Positions 40,202 through 54,237 are shown, counted from the whole stretch's first letter. The stretch: 63,999 bases of DNA, filler included, from Porpidia crustulata (GCA_964255105.1; 14 parts of 14 records of this genome joined end to end with filler, not necessarily neighbours in it); one strand, 5' to 3'. The notes: a model not told the origin generated them from the letters alone. Made by a program: numbers and translations.

Positions 40202-41566
40202 TTCAAAGTGGCTGAGGACTTAGGTCAGAGAACATGTAAATTCAATTCATCTCATTGGATGGAAACCCGGCGTGCCCCGATACATAAGTATCTCAATCTT
40301 GGGGGAATTAAGCTTTTCAGCCTCATTTAAGATTCAATGGCCTACTTGAAGACTTAAGCCACATCTCGTATCATCTCGAATAGAATTGATTGATTTCGAT
40401 ACGGAAAAGGCACATATCAGTAAGATAGAGTCTAAGCTCAAAGATATTCAGGGTCAACTCCTCCAAGACGAAGCTTTCTTCCAGAGCATTTCACGCCGTT
40501 GATCTTTCTACTGTCCGCACACCCTCTCCCCATTTCCACTTTCACCTTTACAATCCTTCTTCCATCAATAAGTTAGAGTAATGCTCTCATGGAAATGTTA
40601 AAAATAAACCGGGGAAGCGATAACACAACATCAATCGCCCCCTCCGTGCTCGAATATCCATCCCATCCATTTCCATCACATTCCCAACAAAACATCCACA
40701 TCCAAAACTCCACTACCAATTCCCCTTCACCCCCACATTGACACATTGAACCCAACCACAGCCTTTAGATACATTATTCCAACTCCCTCCTTCTACCGCC
40801 ACAACCTATCCTTTTTCATGAATGAATTTCCGACCGGGAGTTTTGCAGTATCTTTAGTATCATATAACCATTGACTCTTTGGTTGAGGAAATGCCACCGG
40901 ACCGGCTGGTCAGCTTGGTGGTCATTTCAAATGTTTGAGTGGTGAATGCTAGCTTTTTCGTTTGGTAGGAATGGTAGGTATGGTATTGGTCTCGTAGAAA
41001 TGATGGGTTTTGTTGATGTAATGTAGTCAACAACGCAACCCATTGACCCCAAGGGGGTTTGCATGTCGCCTATGATTTACTCTACCGTGACTGCCTCTGG
41101 AGATGGTCATGTAGGTGGCTTCGACGGTGACGGGAATGGGAATTTAGGTATAATTACAGGCTGTTTGATTGTGGTCTTGAGAGCGGGGATTGTCGTTTTT
41201 TCTATATTTTCCCCGAAACATTAATAAAAATCCCTTTTCGAATCGCCAGGAAGTAACACCATTACGCATCGACAAAATCTTCCCCTTTTCTGAATAATCC
41301 CCGTCACCAGCGAGGTACCTAGCCACCCCTTCGCACGTCAAGATCCAGGGGCGAGTGGTTGAACCCACCATGCCTCTCCGCCCCTGCCTACCTCAAACTC
41401 ACCCTTCCAATTTCCAACACTTTGCCCACTCCCTCATATTCGTCTCCCCAGGCGTCCCTTTGAGACNNNNNNNNNNNNNNNNNNNNNNNNNNNNNNNNNN
41501 NNNNNNNNNNTTAATTAATTAANNNNNNNNNNNNNNNNNNNNNNNNNNNNNNNNNNNNNNNNNNNN

Positions 41567-43350
41567 CTCATTAGCACGCTCTGCGCGCCGCCTTGCATCG
41601 ATCCAGATCATGAACTCCTGATAACCCCTTGGCATGACCTTTATGTCTTTTTCCACGAGGAATGTGTAGTTGAACTATAATTGGGGAGGTCAGAAACGGT
41701 TGATGTTATTGTGGAAAAAGATGACGGGGTTGTGTTTTTACCTGGCCTGTTGGTTTGGATTCTCCGTGTTCGACGTTGCGGACTTTGCTGTCGATCCTGA
41801 TTTGCACGCGGGTGAACTTTGCATCCGAGCTGTCATCCGCGACTGCCGGAGCTTCCGGGTCACCTCTTTGCGATTTGGAATGTTCACTCCCGGTCAAGGT
41901 CACCGGTGGAGGGTCTGTATAAGCAACCGTTGCTGTGAGGTATAAGACCGACCCGACAGGTACTGGGTTCTCAAAGGTACTGGGATCTAGGCTTAGGAAC
42001 CTTGGCCTTGAATGCGAAAAGGCGGCGGCGCAGCAAAACGCAAGCTCGAATGTTTGCTTGAGTAAGAAGCCTCCAAAGATCATGAAGTGATGTCGATTGC
42101 GGTACTGCGGTTGCATGATTTGCGAAGAGTGCATGACTGTGCTGTCCATGTAAACCACATTATCGGGCCTGCGCATGGAAGTATTGGGGTCTTCAATGTC
42201 AGGCTTTTGTTATTTGCGCCAGAGCTCCCAAGGAGACCTACCGTGGTACTCCAACTGCCTTTTCCACATGGCATGGATCAAGCCACTCTCCTCAGCGTTT
42301 GGAGCTAGCTTTCGCAATGCTTTTTTCGCAAGAGCCTTTTTTGCATTGTAGTTTGCCTCGCCCAAAGCAAAAAGACGCTTTTCTTCCGCGGTCTCGACTT
42401 AGACAGGGCTTATTGCTACCGACCTTGGGGGGATGTCAGCTTGGGATTGGGAAAGTAGGTGGAATAACATACTTCTTGGTTGATGGGTCAAGCGAAACCT
42501 GTATGAAAGCACCATATTTTAGTACGAGATATATAAAGACCGAAATATGGAACCAACCATAGTGAAAGCACAAGTCATGAGTACGTCCTTATTCTTGACT
42601 AATTCCCCCTTCGCCGGTGCCTTTGCGACCTGCATTTGTATCTCCATCGAGCTTCTACCAGTGAATGTTACTTGTCCAGAGAGCTCTAAATCACCTAGGC
42701 ACCCATCAAACGTTTATCCTCGAGTACTATCCAAGGCGCACTTACATATCTCTTTGAGGGGATGCTTGATAACAATCCTGTCTACCGCTGCAGTGACTGT
42801 TGTCACCGATTCGCCAGTATGACTGTATGCGACTATACCCGACAAAGCATCAAGGTCCATAAAGAGGGTTCCTAGCCTAGCTTTACTTTAGCTCAAGTAT
42901 AGGTTTTCTATTGTGGTCGACCGGACCTGATTTGTCCATTCGCGTTGAGATAATTGTCGAGCAACCAAGGATCTTGAGCCAACGGAACAACCTAGGCCTT
43001 TATCAGTCAGTCAGTCTCGCCCAACCCAAGTCATACGCATCAAAAGTACATACTATAGAGATATGGCTATCACCCATCTTCTTTGGACTTAGATCGCGGT
43101 CTTGGGGGGTTGCCGGGGCTTTGTATGCTTTTTGTGAATCAGAACCATCCTGCTCCCTCTTCCTCAAGGCCTCAATCCAAGGCGTCTTGACCCGCATTTC
43201 GGTAAGAGCTCTATAGACGCCATCCGTTAAACGGAGACAGGAAGAGCTGAAGGGCTTGGAGGCCGTCAATGGTTTGTTAACCAAAGACAAAATACAGGAA
43301 TTCCATTCATGGGGCCGAGCGGCGAGACGCTTCACCAAATGTATTTTCAT
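41567..43350 (-). CDS. Mitochondrial-type double hotdog acyl-CoA thioesterase (ACOT9-like), 3' truncated
   Basis: Transit-peptide-like start; LAQDPWLLDNYLNANGQIR|LGTLFMDLDALSG, VTAAVDRI, GQVTFTGRSSMEI, MQPQYRNRHHFMIFGGFLLKQTFELA, PVPVGSVL, FNYTF. Confidence 0.92.
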
Positions 43351-43799
43351 AACGCTGAAGCTCTCCCACTAAGGCAGACTTGAACATGTTCGGTGGGTAG
43401 GCGGGGCCCATGTGTGGGGACGATACGTTGAGACACGCTTGATCGTAGGGCTGAAAGCAATCTGATAAGATCAGATAACACCTTGAGCCGCGCGATTGCA
43501 TCACAGAATGGATAACGATACTGAAAGTAGAACATCGTGCTTCTGCCACAAATTATTCTCCTTGCCTAATACGTTGAGTGACAGGATGGTGCTCTCTATC
43601 TACAGCACCGACAAGCGGAATTAGATTGACGAGCTTCCGCGCTGTACGATTATGATATGAGATTGTTTCTGCCTCCGCAGAGATCGATTTATCGTTTCCT
43701 ACTTGAGCTCAAATTTCTTTCCTGCATTGGTCACTCTCAGTCTCGGATGGCCCTCTCAGCTACGACTTCTGTTCTCCAAGAAGCGCTCAAGCTGGCTAT

Positions 43800-45735
43800 A
43801 TGTCACGTTTTGACCACCATGACTTGGGCAAGGTTGAGCACGTCTTTCTTCGAAGGAAGCTTAGGCTCGAGACGAGGGGCTTGATCAGGATTTCCTCGCC
43901 TTTGCTCAACGTTTTTCCTTTCTCTTCTATATTTCAGCAACTTGAAACCATCATCTCTTCCGATATTTGGGTTACACGGGGTAATGGCCTAAGAATCGGT
44001 ATCTCTGTTCTTCTCGACGTTTTTATGCATCCTACTTTCGACAGAAAGATCTTCCTAGAAGGTCTAGGTATTTTTATTTGTAATGCGGAGGTGCTGTGAT
44101 GCCTCTAACTCGTACGGATACTATACTGACTACTCTGAGCTTAGATATGGCAACAATTATCACTAAAGGTATCCTTAACCTTCCCCAAAGAAGAAGTAAT
44201 TGGGAGCCCATTATCTCTGGGGGAGCTGGTACTGGATATTGCGCAATGCCAGGCTAGTAGCAGCTCGAAAATTAATGGGGATGATTTGGTGACAATTACT
44301 GCGCAAATCGCTAGTCCTCCTGCTTCTGTACCGTACGCCTGCTTAGACGAAGTCAAGCTTATATTTCGACTTTCTTCTATAGGCTGTGAGAGCGACACTC
44401 CTCCACCAAAGAGGATGAGGCTTGAATACACTAAGAGCTCTACATCGAATTCAGACATGCTGTTCTGTGCACACAGTCCGTCAGTTGGTACAGAATTAAC
44501 TGAAGAATCTGAGCAGATGCTGGAAATTTCGCCTCAGTTACAGCTAGAGCTATCAAATCCAGCTTCGATAAGACTCGATCTTGGGCATGAACACTACACT
44601 TTACTTTCTAAAGAGCCTCCTGCAATAGCTAGTGTCCGCAGCTTTATAGGCACAATAGGCACGTCGGTAGTTGCTTTACAACCTACATTCTTACCCGACC
44701 GCTCTCCGCACAACGTGGACACAATGTTTGCGGATTTAGCAGAATTAATTGATATAGGACTCCGCTCTATGATATGCGATAAAGTGGTACAGATGCCTCC
44801 GCAGATCGGGCAGGTCTATGAGACTGGGAGACCAAAGCTTGCAGAGATCTCACCAGTTTTATTCAGCCCTGGATATAGAGAAGTGGGCAGCCCCTAATGG
44901 GCGAAACTGCTCACTTACAGCAAGAGTACTGATACTGATATTGTATTGATAGGCAATATCCCAGAGAAGCTCACTCCTACCATCCATAGCTCACTCAATG
45001 TCTTCGATATACCACCATACTCGATCACCGAGGCTGAAAGAGAAAATCCAGAGGTTGCTAGATGTCTCACCTGACGCATACGTTGCCCCAGACTTCGACA
45101 TTCTCTTGATACCTTCTCACGTATCTTCAGCTTTGAAATCCTCCGTCACAGCTCGTTTGTGGAAGCTGTCTCAGCGCGTACTTTTTGACCGTACAGCGGC
45201 TAGAAGCCTCAAGCCACTTAGCTCCGCAAAGAACCCTTTCGAGCAAAGCCTCGAATCCCAAGTTATCCTTGACGAAGGAGAATCTACTTGCCACGGCCGA
45301 CACCACATTGACCAAGCGATTGAGACATGGGACATGCTGGACGAGGGATACTGCTCTCAAGAAGCAACCAGAATACTTCCAGGAGCCGATGATGATTTTC
45401 TACTTGAGCAAGATGTGATTGCGCATCAAGCGGAATTGCAAGAGAGCGAGAGCGATGATCTATTCGAAGATGGTAAATTCGCATCTGGAGAAAGTCTATG
45501 GGAAAGGAGAAAGAATCTTCTCCGCAGAGACGGGGAGGTTGAATTTGAGGATGATCTCTTCACGAATGACCTTTGGTGGGACGAAGAAGAAGTAATACAA
45601 AGGTACGCCTCCGACGAAGATCTCACCTCCGGGGAAGAAAACCACCGAGATCTCGAAGACGAAGCTTTAGATGGCGCTGAGACGCTGTCCCGAGAAGCCA
45701 CATCATGTGGAGAGGAAATGCTGTTACTTGGCTAA
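43800..45735 (+). CDS. Hypothetical multi-exon protein with acidic C-terminus (5' boundary uncertain)
   Basis: ORFs 44286-44897 and 44998-45735 join via intron ~44884-44952 (LAEISPVLFSPGYRE|AISQRSSLLPSIAHS). The upstream exon near 43800-44061 is tentative. Confidence 0.6.
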
Positions 45736-46172
45736 ACTAATCGCTTCGTTTCGATCCCGTTGCAGAAAAATTTGGTAAAGGCTAGATAGGGCTTTCAACT
45801 CTAGCAACAACGTAGTGCTGCAAGTGTATACGTCTCGTTTTAAGCTTAAGATCGAAACTCTTCCATGCTACAACTCAACATCAAAGTGCCATAGCCATAT
45901 CAGTCTACCTTGCAACATCAATCTGGACATCTCATCATCCTACCCGCCGAAAGCTCGCCATTGTACGCTGTACGCCGCTCCACCCGCCTATTCTCGTTCT
46001 TCGCCCGCCACTCCCTTCCTCTCGCACCCCCCTAAACCTATCCTCCCCCCTATGATCGATCTACTTTGTACCNNNNNNNNNNNNNNNNNNNNNNNNNNNN
46101 NNNNNNNNNNNNNNNNTTAATTAATTAANNNNNNNNNNNNNNNNNNNNNNNNNNNNNNNNNNNNNNNNNNNN

Positions 46173-46529
46173 GAGGTAGAAGGGGAGGACGTAGAGGAGG
46201 GTGAAGGAGGTCTGTGGGGGGTGAGTGGGGTTTGATTTTTGAGATTCACATTTGGTGGAATAAGGATATCATGCAGAGCGTTACATGGTTATGTCGAGGT
46301 TGGATAAGTGATGAATTTGAAACGAGTTGGATGGTGGAAAGAAAGGAAGGGTTAGAACATACGGATATCAGAGCAACAGTAGCAGAGGAAAGCACTGGCT
46401 GTGGTTCTTCCTCTAGAATGGATATCTTTTTAGTAGCGATCCAGATAGAAACCTCTGGTGGGCGCTTGTGAGTGACTGACCATCCATGATGTAATTCGAG
46501 AGTCGCTGATATATGCCGGTGGGAGCCAT
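46173..46529 (-). CDS. RCE1: CAAX prenyl protease Rce1-like, 5' part (truncated)
   Basis: Three spliced exons give MAPTGIYQRLSNYIMD|EEEPQPVLSSATVALIS|TSFTLLYVLPFYL, matching the N-terminal TM (..LYVxPFYL) of filamentous-fungal Rce1. Absent from the ORF track. Confidence 0.7.
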
Positions 46530-47535
46530 AAGTTGTTGTGACGTATGTTCTACTTCATTCTGGTCTTCATTGCGATGGTCTTGCCTCTATTGCGTTTGTT
46601 GTTTCACTCTTCAGTCTCATGGTTGAATGTTGATTTCAGGCTGTTTCGTGCGAGGACGACTGATTGGGTGTCAAGTGCTCTAAAGAGCGCCAAGACTACG
46701 GGCCGCTGCCTCGCTTCCTCGCTTCCAATCAGTACCTAAGTTGTTTCATAATCGTTCTAACTAGATCAGGGACAAGTATTAGTTTGTCGGAGTTATTTCG
46801 CCGGGGATAAAACCAGGGGGAATTAATTTGACATTTCCCTGGTTGAGAATTAAATATTTAATTTTATTATTAGAACAACGCGGTTTCGCGACGGATTTCT
46901 ATGGATATTAATCTCCAATCGATAAGATTGTGGAAATACTTGCGACGGTGGCAGAAAGTATCATCATGGCCCCCCCGCTGGCAGTCATCATGATAATTTC
47001 TAGATTTCCTCTCTCTCTTTTCATGGAGACAGACTTCAACTTTATCGCAGAGTCTCTTCTACTTGTGAGACTTCACTATTCTCTACAGTCATCTCTTGAC
47101 AGGTGTCATTGGTCCAGCCGGTTGTCTGTTGGTACCTGACTAAACGCGGAAGAGGCTTACGGCTGAGATCAATTCCACCCCCTAAAGAAATATTCCACTT
47201 CATAATCGATTAATTATCTTTTATCATTCTTCCCCATCTTCTTTTCACCTCCCCGACCTTACTCACTCTACTCCTTCATGCATTTTAACGATTAACCTTC
47301 TATACACTCATTAATAGATCCTTGTTGTTTTGTTGTACCAGTCACTCCTTCGACTACTCATTAATTAATACTCCTTCACGCCTTATCTGCAGTCATTCCC
47401 TCAACCATCTATAGTCGCCCGCCAGGCAGCTTCCTCGATTTCTGGAGATATTAAACACTACACCAATATACTTTATACGAGTACAACTTGTAATACACCG
47501 TGTTTCCAGCGTTATGCCATTTACGACCGCAGATA

Positions 47536-49616
47536 ATGTCACACCTCCCAAATCCACTGAGGTCCTCCCCGCCAAGACAACCACTACACGAGCGATCCGA
47601 GTCCCATACCAACGCAGTAACATCTCCTACTCTACGCATAATCGGAGAACCTGGAGCACCCACATATTCAAGCACACCATTCCCCACCCATCCGTCTCAC
47701 ATCCTCTCGCCTAAACGACAAGGATTCGTGTTTGAGGATGAGGAGAGCGTTTCACAAGAGGATAGTCCGGTCGACGACCAAGCACAAGAGTACCAAGAAC
47801 AATCATATTCAAAATCAAAGGGCAAAGAAATAGCAGGCCCGGTAGACAGTAATAATGGAGCGAACCTGCAACCCTCGACAATCAATAGATTTTGGCCACC
47901 GTTATTCTCTGCCCCAGATTCGGAACGGGCAGCTACAGCAAGAGCCAATGCCGATACCCGGCTACTCCCTGTGGAGCATGGCATTGACGAAGATGGGCGC
48001 CTATCCGACGACATTATACAGCTACCCAGCATCCCGACTCGGACGAACGCGCTAGGCTCCCCGTCCTTCATGCAAACCTTTGATGAAAGTACCAATCGAC
48101 CGCCAGTGGCCGCTAAATCCTCCGACACTTCACTTTCGTCCACCGAATCTACTGGGACTGTCCTAAGGCCCAAGGGCCGAGTTCGTGGGTCATATTCGGC
48201 CTTCCCAAGCTCCGTCTCAGGTTACACGAATAGCTCGAGGGACTCTCTTCCCCCTCCTTTGAAGGTGAGCCCCGGAAGGATAGAGAAGAGGGTTCCCCCG
48301 GCCTCCGCAGGCTCGTGGTCTGCTTCTGATGATGCCTTTCCAGAAGGGGCGCTCACAGAGGGGCGTCATGTCTCTTCTAGTCCCATGTATGCAAATGTGC
48401 AAGCCTCTAGCAACAGCGATGTGAGCCTTCAATACCCCGTTATTCGACCACCAACAGCATCCGGATCATGGGCGGAATCTTCAAGGAGCGCTCCTATCCG
48501 ACCACCCCGTACTTTTGAACACCACCCAGAGCGTTGGAATCCACATCTATCTACAGTCGAATCAGAGGACACTCCAGATCTTTCGAACCCACCTTCTTTG
48601 CCTGCTTTGAGTCCCCACAGGAGCAGGAATACTACGGGGTCAACCATTCGCGTTGTCAACGAACGCGACGATAACGTACCTGAGATGCTATCGCCAATAC
48701 CTGGATCCCGGGATTCGGGCATCCGCAGCTTTTTCTCTCGGGACTCGTATCCGAGCCAACGTCGAAGTGCGTTTCAGACGCGGCCTGGAAGAAGAGGGAG
48801 TTTCTTACGAGATAGCATCCCGGCGTGGGCAAAGTCAGTCATTAGTGCATGGGAAGGACTGGAATGCTAATAGTCTCACAGATCCTACTATGCAAAGAGC
48901 CGAGAATCAATCAGTGAACTCCGCGCCAATCCATCGGCTTCCGAGATTTCACTTGGTATTGTTCGCCCTCGGACTCGACCCCAGGAGGGGAACGAGCCTC
49001 AAGTGATTCGAGAGTCGATGGCCATAGAACCGATCGAACCCGTAGAGCCCTTGCAGCCTTCAGGTGCCACGCTTGTGGAGATTCAGGGTGAGCCGAGGCG
49101 AAAAGTTTCTCAGATCTGGTCGCCTCACCTCTGGCATGATCGAAGAGCGGTGGGAAGACGCAGCATGTTCATAGCTCCGAGTCTAGACGAAGAAGCAGAA
49201 GGTCACGCTTTAAGTAGAAGGACCGCGCAGATTGTTTTGTTTACGGTTGGTTTCATAGTTCCTATGGGTAGGCCAGCTCTTGCTTTCGTAATGCAAGTTC
49301 AGATACTGACTACATCAGCCTGGTTCATCGCCTCGTTCCTTCCCCTACCCCCTCGTCCGATCCACCAAAATGCAAATGAAAAAGATCCTGCCAACCGCAT
49401 CAGCCGGGCAACCAGGGCTCGGGATCTCGAAACCGCCCTGGATCCCATTGATGAACGACGCTACGAGAATGCGAGATGGTGGCGGAGTCTCAACCGTCTA
49501 ATGTCGATTGTCGGTATCCTCATCATCACCGCCATCGTAAGTTTATTCCTACTTGAGTTGCGAGTCCACGGCTAATGGTGTCCCAGATCGTCCTCGCCGT
49601 CATCGCCACACGATAA
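47536..49616 (+). CDS. Serine-rich protein with C-terminal transmembrane helices
   Basis: Introns 48834-48881, 49268-49318, 49537-49586 in phase. RQPLHERSES start; WSPHLWHDRR, LFTVGFIVPM|AWFIASFLPLPP, RRYENARWWRSLNRLMSIVGILIITAI|IVLAVIATR*. Confidence 0.85.
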
Positions 49617-50899
49617 TTATTTCACTTCATCCAACGATTCAAATTACCTAACGACGACAGAACCTCTTTTTTTTTTGTATGATTCCCCTGCGTCGACATG
49701 CTACCGTTACGTTCCTAATGCCTTGCTTTTTCTTTTCCCAACCTGCGACTTTAGCGCTGATGTTTTTATTTTCACGAATGAAGTAAACTCGTGTACGACT
49801 TTTTCTCTTCTTTTCCAAGCGATGAAAGAGAGAAATGACCAATGAACCCGTCACCAAGATATGAGAATTTTCGCGTTTCTGACTCCATGTTATTTCCCCT
49901 GAAAAAGCTTTCGGCCCACGATTGCCATATTTCAAATGAAGACGAACTATCGTATATTTCACTGAGATAATCAACCCAACATAACTTCATACATTGTTTC
50001 TTTCTTCACACAATAAGCAGGATACCTGTTTCTTACGTAGCAGATAGCTACCTACCGCATTCTTACATATCTATAGCGTACGATTCTAAGATTCTTGTTT
50101 TTTCGCGATCAAGGACCCATACCGGGTGTTGTCGGGATGAAAATAGTACAAATTTCTCCCATACCCTCACTTCCAGTACTCGGAATTACCATGGCACTAT
50201 CCGTCGACAAGAAAATGAAAACCAAACAAGATGTCTCCTTCCCTATCTATCCACCAATCCACCAGCCTACACGTAGCTGATGACGTATTCCACACATACC
50301 TTGTCTACTCACAAAACCCTCACAAAAACCTCACAAAACCGACCACGTTACTGCTATCAAGAGATGACCGCGCACAAGGTGCGCGTTTTGAAAGGGAGTT
50401 TCTCCCTTTCTTTTAAGATCGACTGGCCCCAAAAAAGAGCGAAGAAGGGAGAAAATGAGAGAAGAAAGAGAAAAATCCCTTTCGTTTCCTTCCCACAAAA
50501 CAACTATACTCTTTCCCTCCCTCCTTATCTCATCCATCCCTTCCCATCCTTTTGACCACCAAAACCCACCCACAAAAGGGCGCAAATTTCCCCCTTTTTG
50601 GATTCGTCATGAATGCGACCAACGACGGTGGTTTTGGGCAGTCGGACTTCAGGATCTGGAAATTGATTTCCGGGTANNNNNNNNNNNNNNNNNNNNNNNN
50701 NNNNNNNNNNNNNNNNNNNNTTAATTAATTAANNNNNNNNNNNNNNNNNNNNNNNNNNNNNNNNNNNNNNNNNNNNGAATGTAGGCGGGGGGATACGATG
50801 GAGCGTGAGGATTAGAATTTGTGATCAAGACTACCCACTGTCCATATGCTTGACCAAGACGCCACGCCAAGCGCTGCCGCAAGAATTCGAAGATCCATG

Positions 50900-52475
50900 T
50901 CAAGTCCCGGGTATATTCACACCCATCCCGCACCGCTTGATCAAATCCGCCGCCTGCTCCGCCGAATACCCGATAAACACCGGACCCGTGAACAGCATCC
51001 TCGGCTCCTCCTTCTTCGGCGCGTGCAATGATGGTAGCGCTGCCTCGGAGACGAGAGGCGACGGATACGGTGCTGTGGCTTTGTTGGAGATGTTGGCTGT
51101 GTCCTCCTTTGCCGACGCCAGCTGGTGCATGTGCTGCTTCGAATATTGACCGAGCGATATCGAAGCGCTTGGGGCAAGTTCTTTTTGTATCGGTACCCGG
51201 ATTCCCCAAGGACGGCTTGGTGATTCGCCTACTCGGATATCCCCCAATGGTCGGTCAAAGTGTCCTTGCCGTTCTTCGTCGTTGACGCCGATGCTCCTCA
51301 CGGACACATCCTCGGGCACGGGCTTGACATTTTCTGCCCATTCTTCAACCTTCTCCATAGATCTATGCTCCATGGTCGTACCATCATCCTCTTCCTTTGC
51401 CGGGAGCAATGGCTTGTGCGTGACTCCCAAACCCTGAATCATGCTGACAAGACTTCCGTATTTGGCGTCCAGTTGACGGATACTTTCCTCGTTACTCTGA
51501 TACCTCTTGACGCATACCTCGTGGCTCCTTGGTATTTCATGCTTGTGCGATTCAAAGTATCTGGCAACTTCCTCCGGCGACCGCTCGTCGAGATAGCGAA
51601 TCGGGCATTTGGAAGCTGAGCCAGTGGCTGAGGGTGGAGGGGATACAGTTGTTTGAGGATGCTGGTTACTTTTGGAAGGATCTGGAATGAATTCTTCTCT
51701 CAGCTCCGGTGGTGTAGGGAGCGAATTGGGACGTTTCGGAGTCGAGCTATGGGCGACGGCGAATGCTTGTTGCCCTCGTGGAAGATCTTCTAAACCCGCA
51801 AAGGGACATTTCGAATTCATACCAGGTTTAAGTTTTGTAACGGACTTGCAGGCGCTCGCAGAAGTGCCCGCTTCGTCTTGCAAGGACCCTGTATCTGTAG
51901 GCGTAGGGCTCCACCGTTTCTCCAACTGCGTGTCGGCAAACCCTTGAGTCTCCCATGCCCTTTCACCGGTAAGAATCGCACATGCATCAATACCGTTCAA
52001 AATGGCATCCGCATCTTTTCGATCCTCAAACCCCATATAGATATCTGATAGCGGGTTGCTGTCTTTCCCATGAAGCTTCCGCTTCTCTATTTGCCGGAAC
52101 CCGGAGCTGAGGTGTGACAGAGGCCCATCCTCGCGGACCAAGTGATACGCCTAGAGATCATGGCGAATTAGCTTGCGTTCGCATGCGTCGGCAGCTATTT
52201 CTAGACATCGAAGGGCAATGCTCAGTGATTTCGGTTTGAATGTTTTCTTCAAAGCTACCGTTGTAGCTACAGGTCTAGAGCTAAAAGGTTTCTTCATAGC
52301 AAGGAAAATTGTTGAAAGGGAAGATTTCACATACCTCATCCTGTGCAAGAGCCAGCCGTCGCTCAAGATCGTGGCTTTTCTTGGCCAAGTCCTGCACCTG
52401 GGTAAGGAGCGCCTTGAAGCCGGTTGTGAGCCTGGCTACGAGGTCGTCGTGGTCAATATCACATTTGCGATCCAT
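50900..52475 (-). CDS. Conserved-looking hypothetical protein with N-terminal coiled coil and KCP motifs (snoRNA host)
   Basis: Exon 1 52475-52335, intron 52334-52151, exon 2 to TGA at 50900. SKCPF, SKCPIRYLDERSPEEVARYFESHKHEIPRSHEVCVKRYQ, GESPSRPWGI, FTGPVFIGY. Confidence 0.85.
52219..52301 (-). ncRNA. Intronic box C/D snoRNA candidate with an 18S rRNA guide
   Basis: Minus strand: TGC-T-ATGAAGA (C), guide TTTTAGCTCTAGAC, CTGT (D'), hairpin AGCTAC-AACG-GTAGCT, TTGAAGA (C'), then CTGA (D)-GCA terminal stem. The guide is complementary to conserved 18S UCUAGAGCUAA. It lies in an oversized 184-nt intron. Confidence 0.75.
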
Positions 52476-53526
52476 GACATTCGAAGGAGTGTTCCAATGA
52501 ATACAAAATTATCAGGGGATATTTTCAACGAGTCCTTGTATATCTGGGCAGTGTAGCGTTCACGGTAGATTCTCACCATCTCAAGTTTGAGGGTGACAAA
52601 GCGCTAGCGGTATCAGCCCTAACCCTATGAATGAGACGCTTCCTGCTACTAGCTACTCATAGGATCGTACGTCCAATTCTATGTTATGCTCTATCCGTGG
52701 TTACTGTTTCCAAAGCTCAAACGCTCATCATGAGATTCGATGGATACGTTCCTAGACTAGGACAAAAAAATAGTCATCTCGAACCAAAAACCGTTGGAGG
52801 ATTTTCCGGAAGCTGACACTGGAGAGCTAACACTGAGCGTTCTTCACGGGGCCACAAATGCAAAGTCACATATTAATATGTCCATCATGAGTCAAGGAGG
52901 CCGATTTGAGCTAGCCCCTGGGAGTGATGTGCTCTCCCCAGGCAAGATTGTCGCTGATACTCTAGATCTCTTACTATTAAAGCGTAAATGGCTTGTAGAA
53001 AGAAGCTCAATCGCTCCACTCAATCCCTGTGTACATGTGTTACCACGACGGCGCTCTGTACATTAGCAACAGATTAACCGCTGCATGTCTCTTATGTTCA
53101 ACTTCAGGAGCCAATCGATGTCGCGACTGCAATTACTACCCTCGCGGAAGAGATTGCTTAAAGTTGTGTCTATTCGGAGCCAACATTAGAAGAGCAGGTG
53201 AGTATCCATGACGGAACAATCTCTATTGTTGGGAGCCCCGAGACTTATTTTTTGGATGCACTTTGCTCCTTACACATCTAGCGCGCAAAGAATAGGTCCT
53301 ATGATATGTCCTGGGATAGTCCAGCCATGGCAAGTAAAGCTTGTAGATCTGCTCATGTGCCAACCGCAGGATAGCACTCCCAGAGCGTAGTAGCAATTTT
53401 CGTGTAATTGTGATACAGTAAGCTAAAGGGGGGTTGTCTCTGACCCACATTCGGGTCGGAGTCGGTAAGCATCGTTATGGTAGTTGTGGTAGTATAAAAG
53501 TGGTTGATAAGGGAGCCTGAAGATCT

Positions 53527-54237
53527 TCAACCTTTCGGAAGACCTTCTTCTTGGCTCGACAAAAGGGTGTAGACGGGCGCATTCAGCTTCTCACGGCCTT
53601 TGAGAAAATCCAACTCGAGGATAAAGATATAACCAATGAGCGTGCCTCCAAGCTTCTTGGCGAGCGAGCCTGCTGCGGCAGCAGAACCGCCTATGATTTA
53701 TTAGCTAGAGCCCGAAGTATTCCGACCGACATGCTTACCAGTCGCGATTACGTCGTCCACTATGAGGACTCGCTGGCCGGGCTTGACTGCATCTTGTTGG
53801 ATCTGGAAGAAATCTTCGCCATATTCCTTCTTGAACCCCGCCGTCTCTGTAGGCCCCGGCAACTTGCCAGGTTTTCTGACTGGTACGAAGCCAGCCCCAA
53901 GCCTTAGTGCCAAGCTTGGTCCAAACAGAAAGCCTCGTGCCTCTAGACCTATTATAATATCAGGCTTGTTTTCTCCTCCGTAGCTCTCCGTTACATGGAG
54001 CTCCAGTGCTCGGATAAGGGATCGGTGAAGGGAGGGGTCGGCAAAGAGGGGCAAGATGTCCTCGAAAAGAATGCCTGGAGAGGGGAAGTCCGGAAATTGT
54101 CGGAGAGACTTGTGAAGGCTTATCTTAAGATTGGAGAGTTCGGAGGCGGTGGAGGTGGCGGAGGCGGTGAGTCGGGGGTTTTGGGAGGTGGCATCAGGCT
54201 TGTCTCGAGGGGGATGTGAGGATGTAGAATCGGTCAT
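53527..54237 (-). CDS. APT1: Adenine phosphoribosyltransferase
   Basis: LRQFPDFPSPGILFEDI, GLEARGFLFG, VRKPGKLPG, EYG, PRPP-binding LIVDDVIATG|GS, ILELDFLKGR; intron ~53691-53738. Confidence 0.96.
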
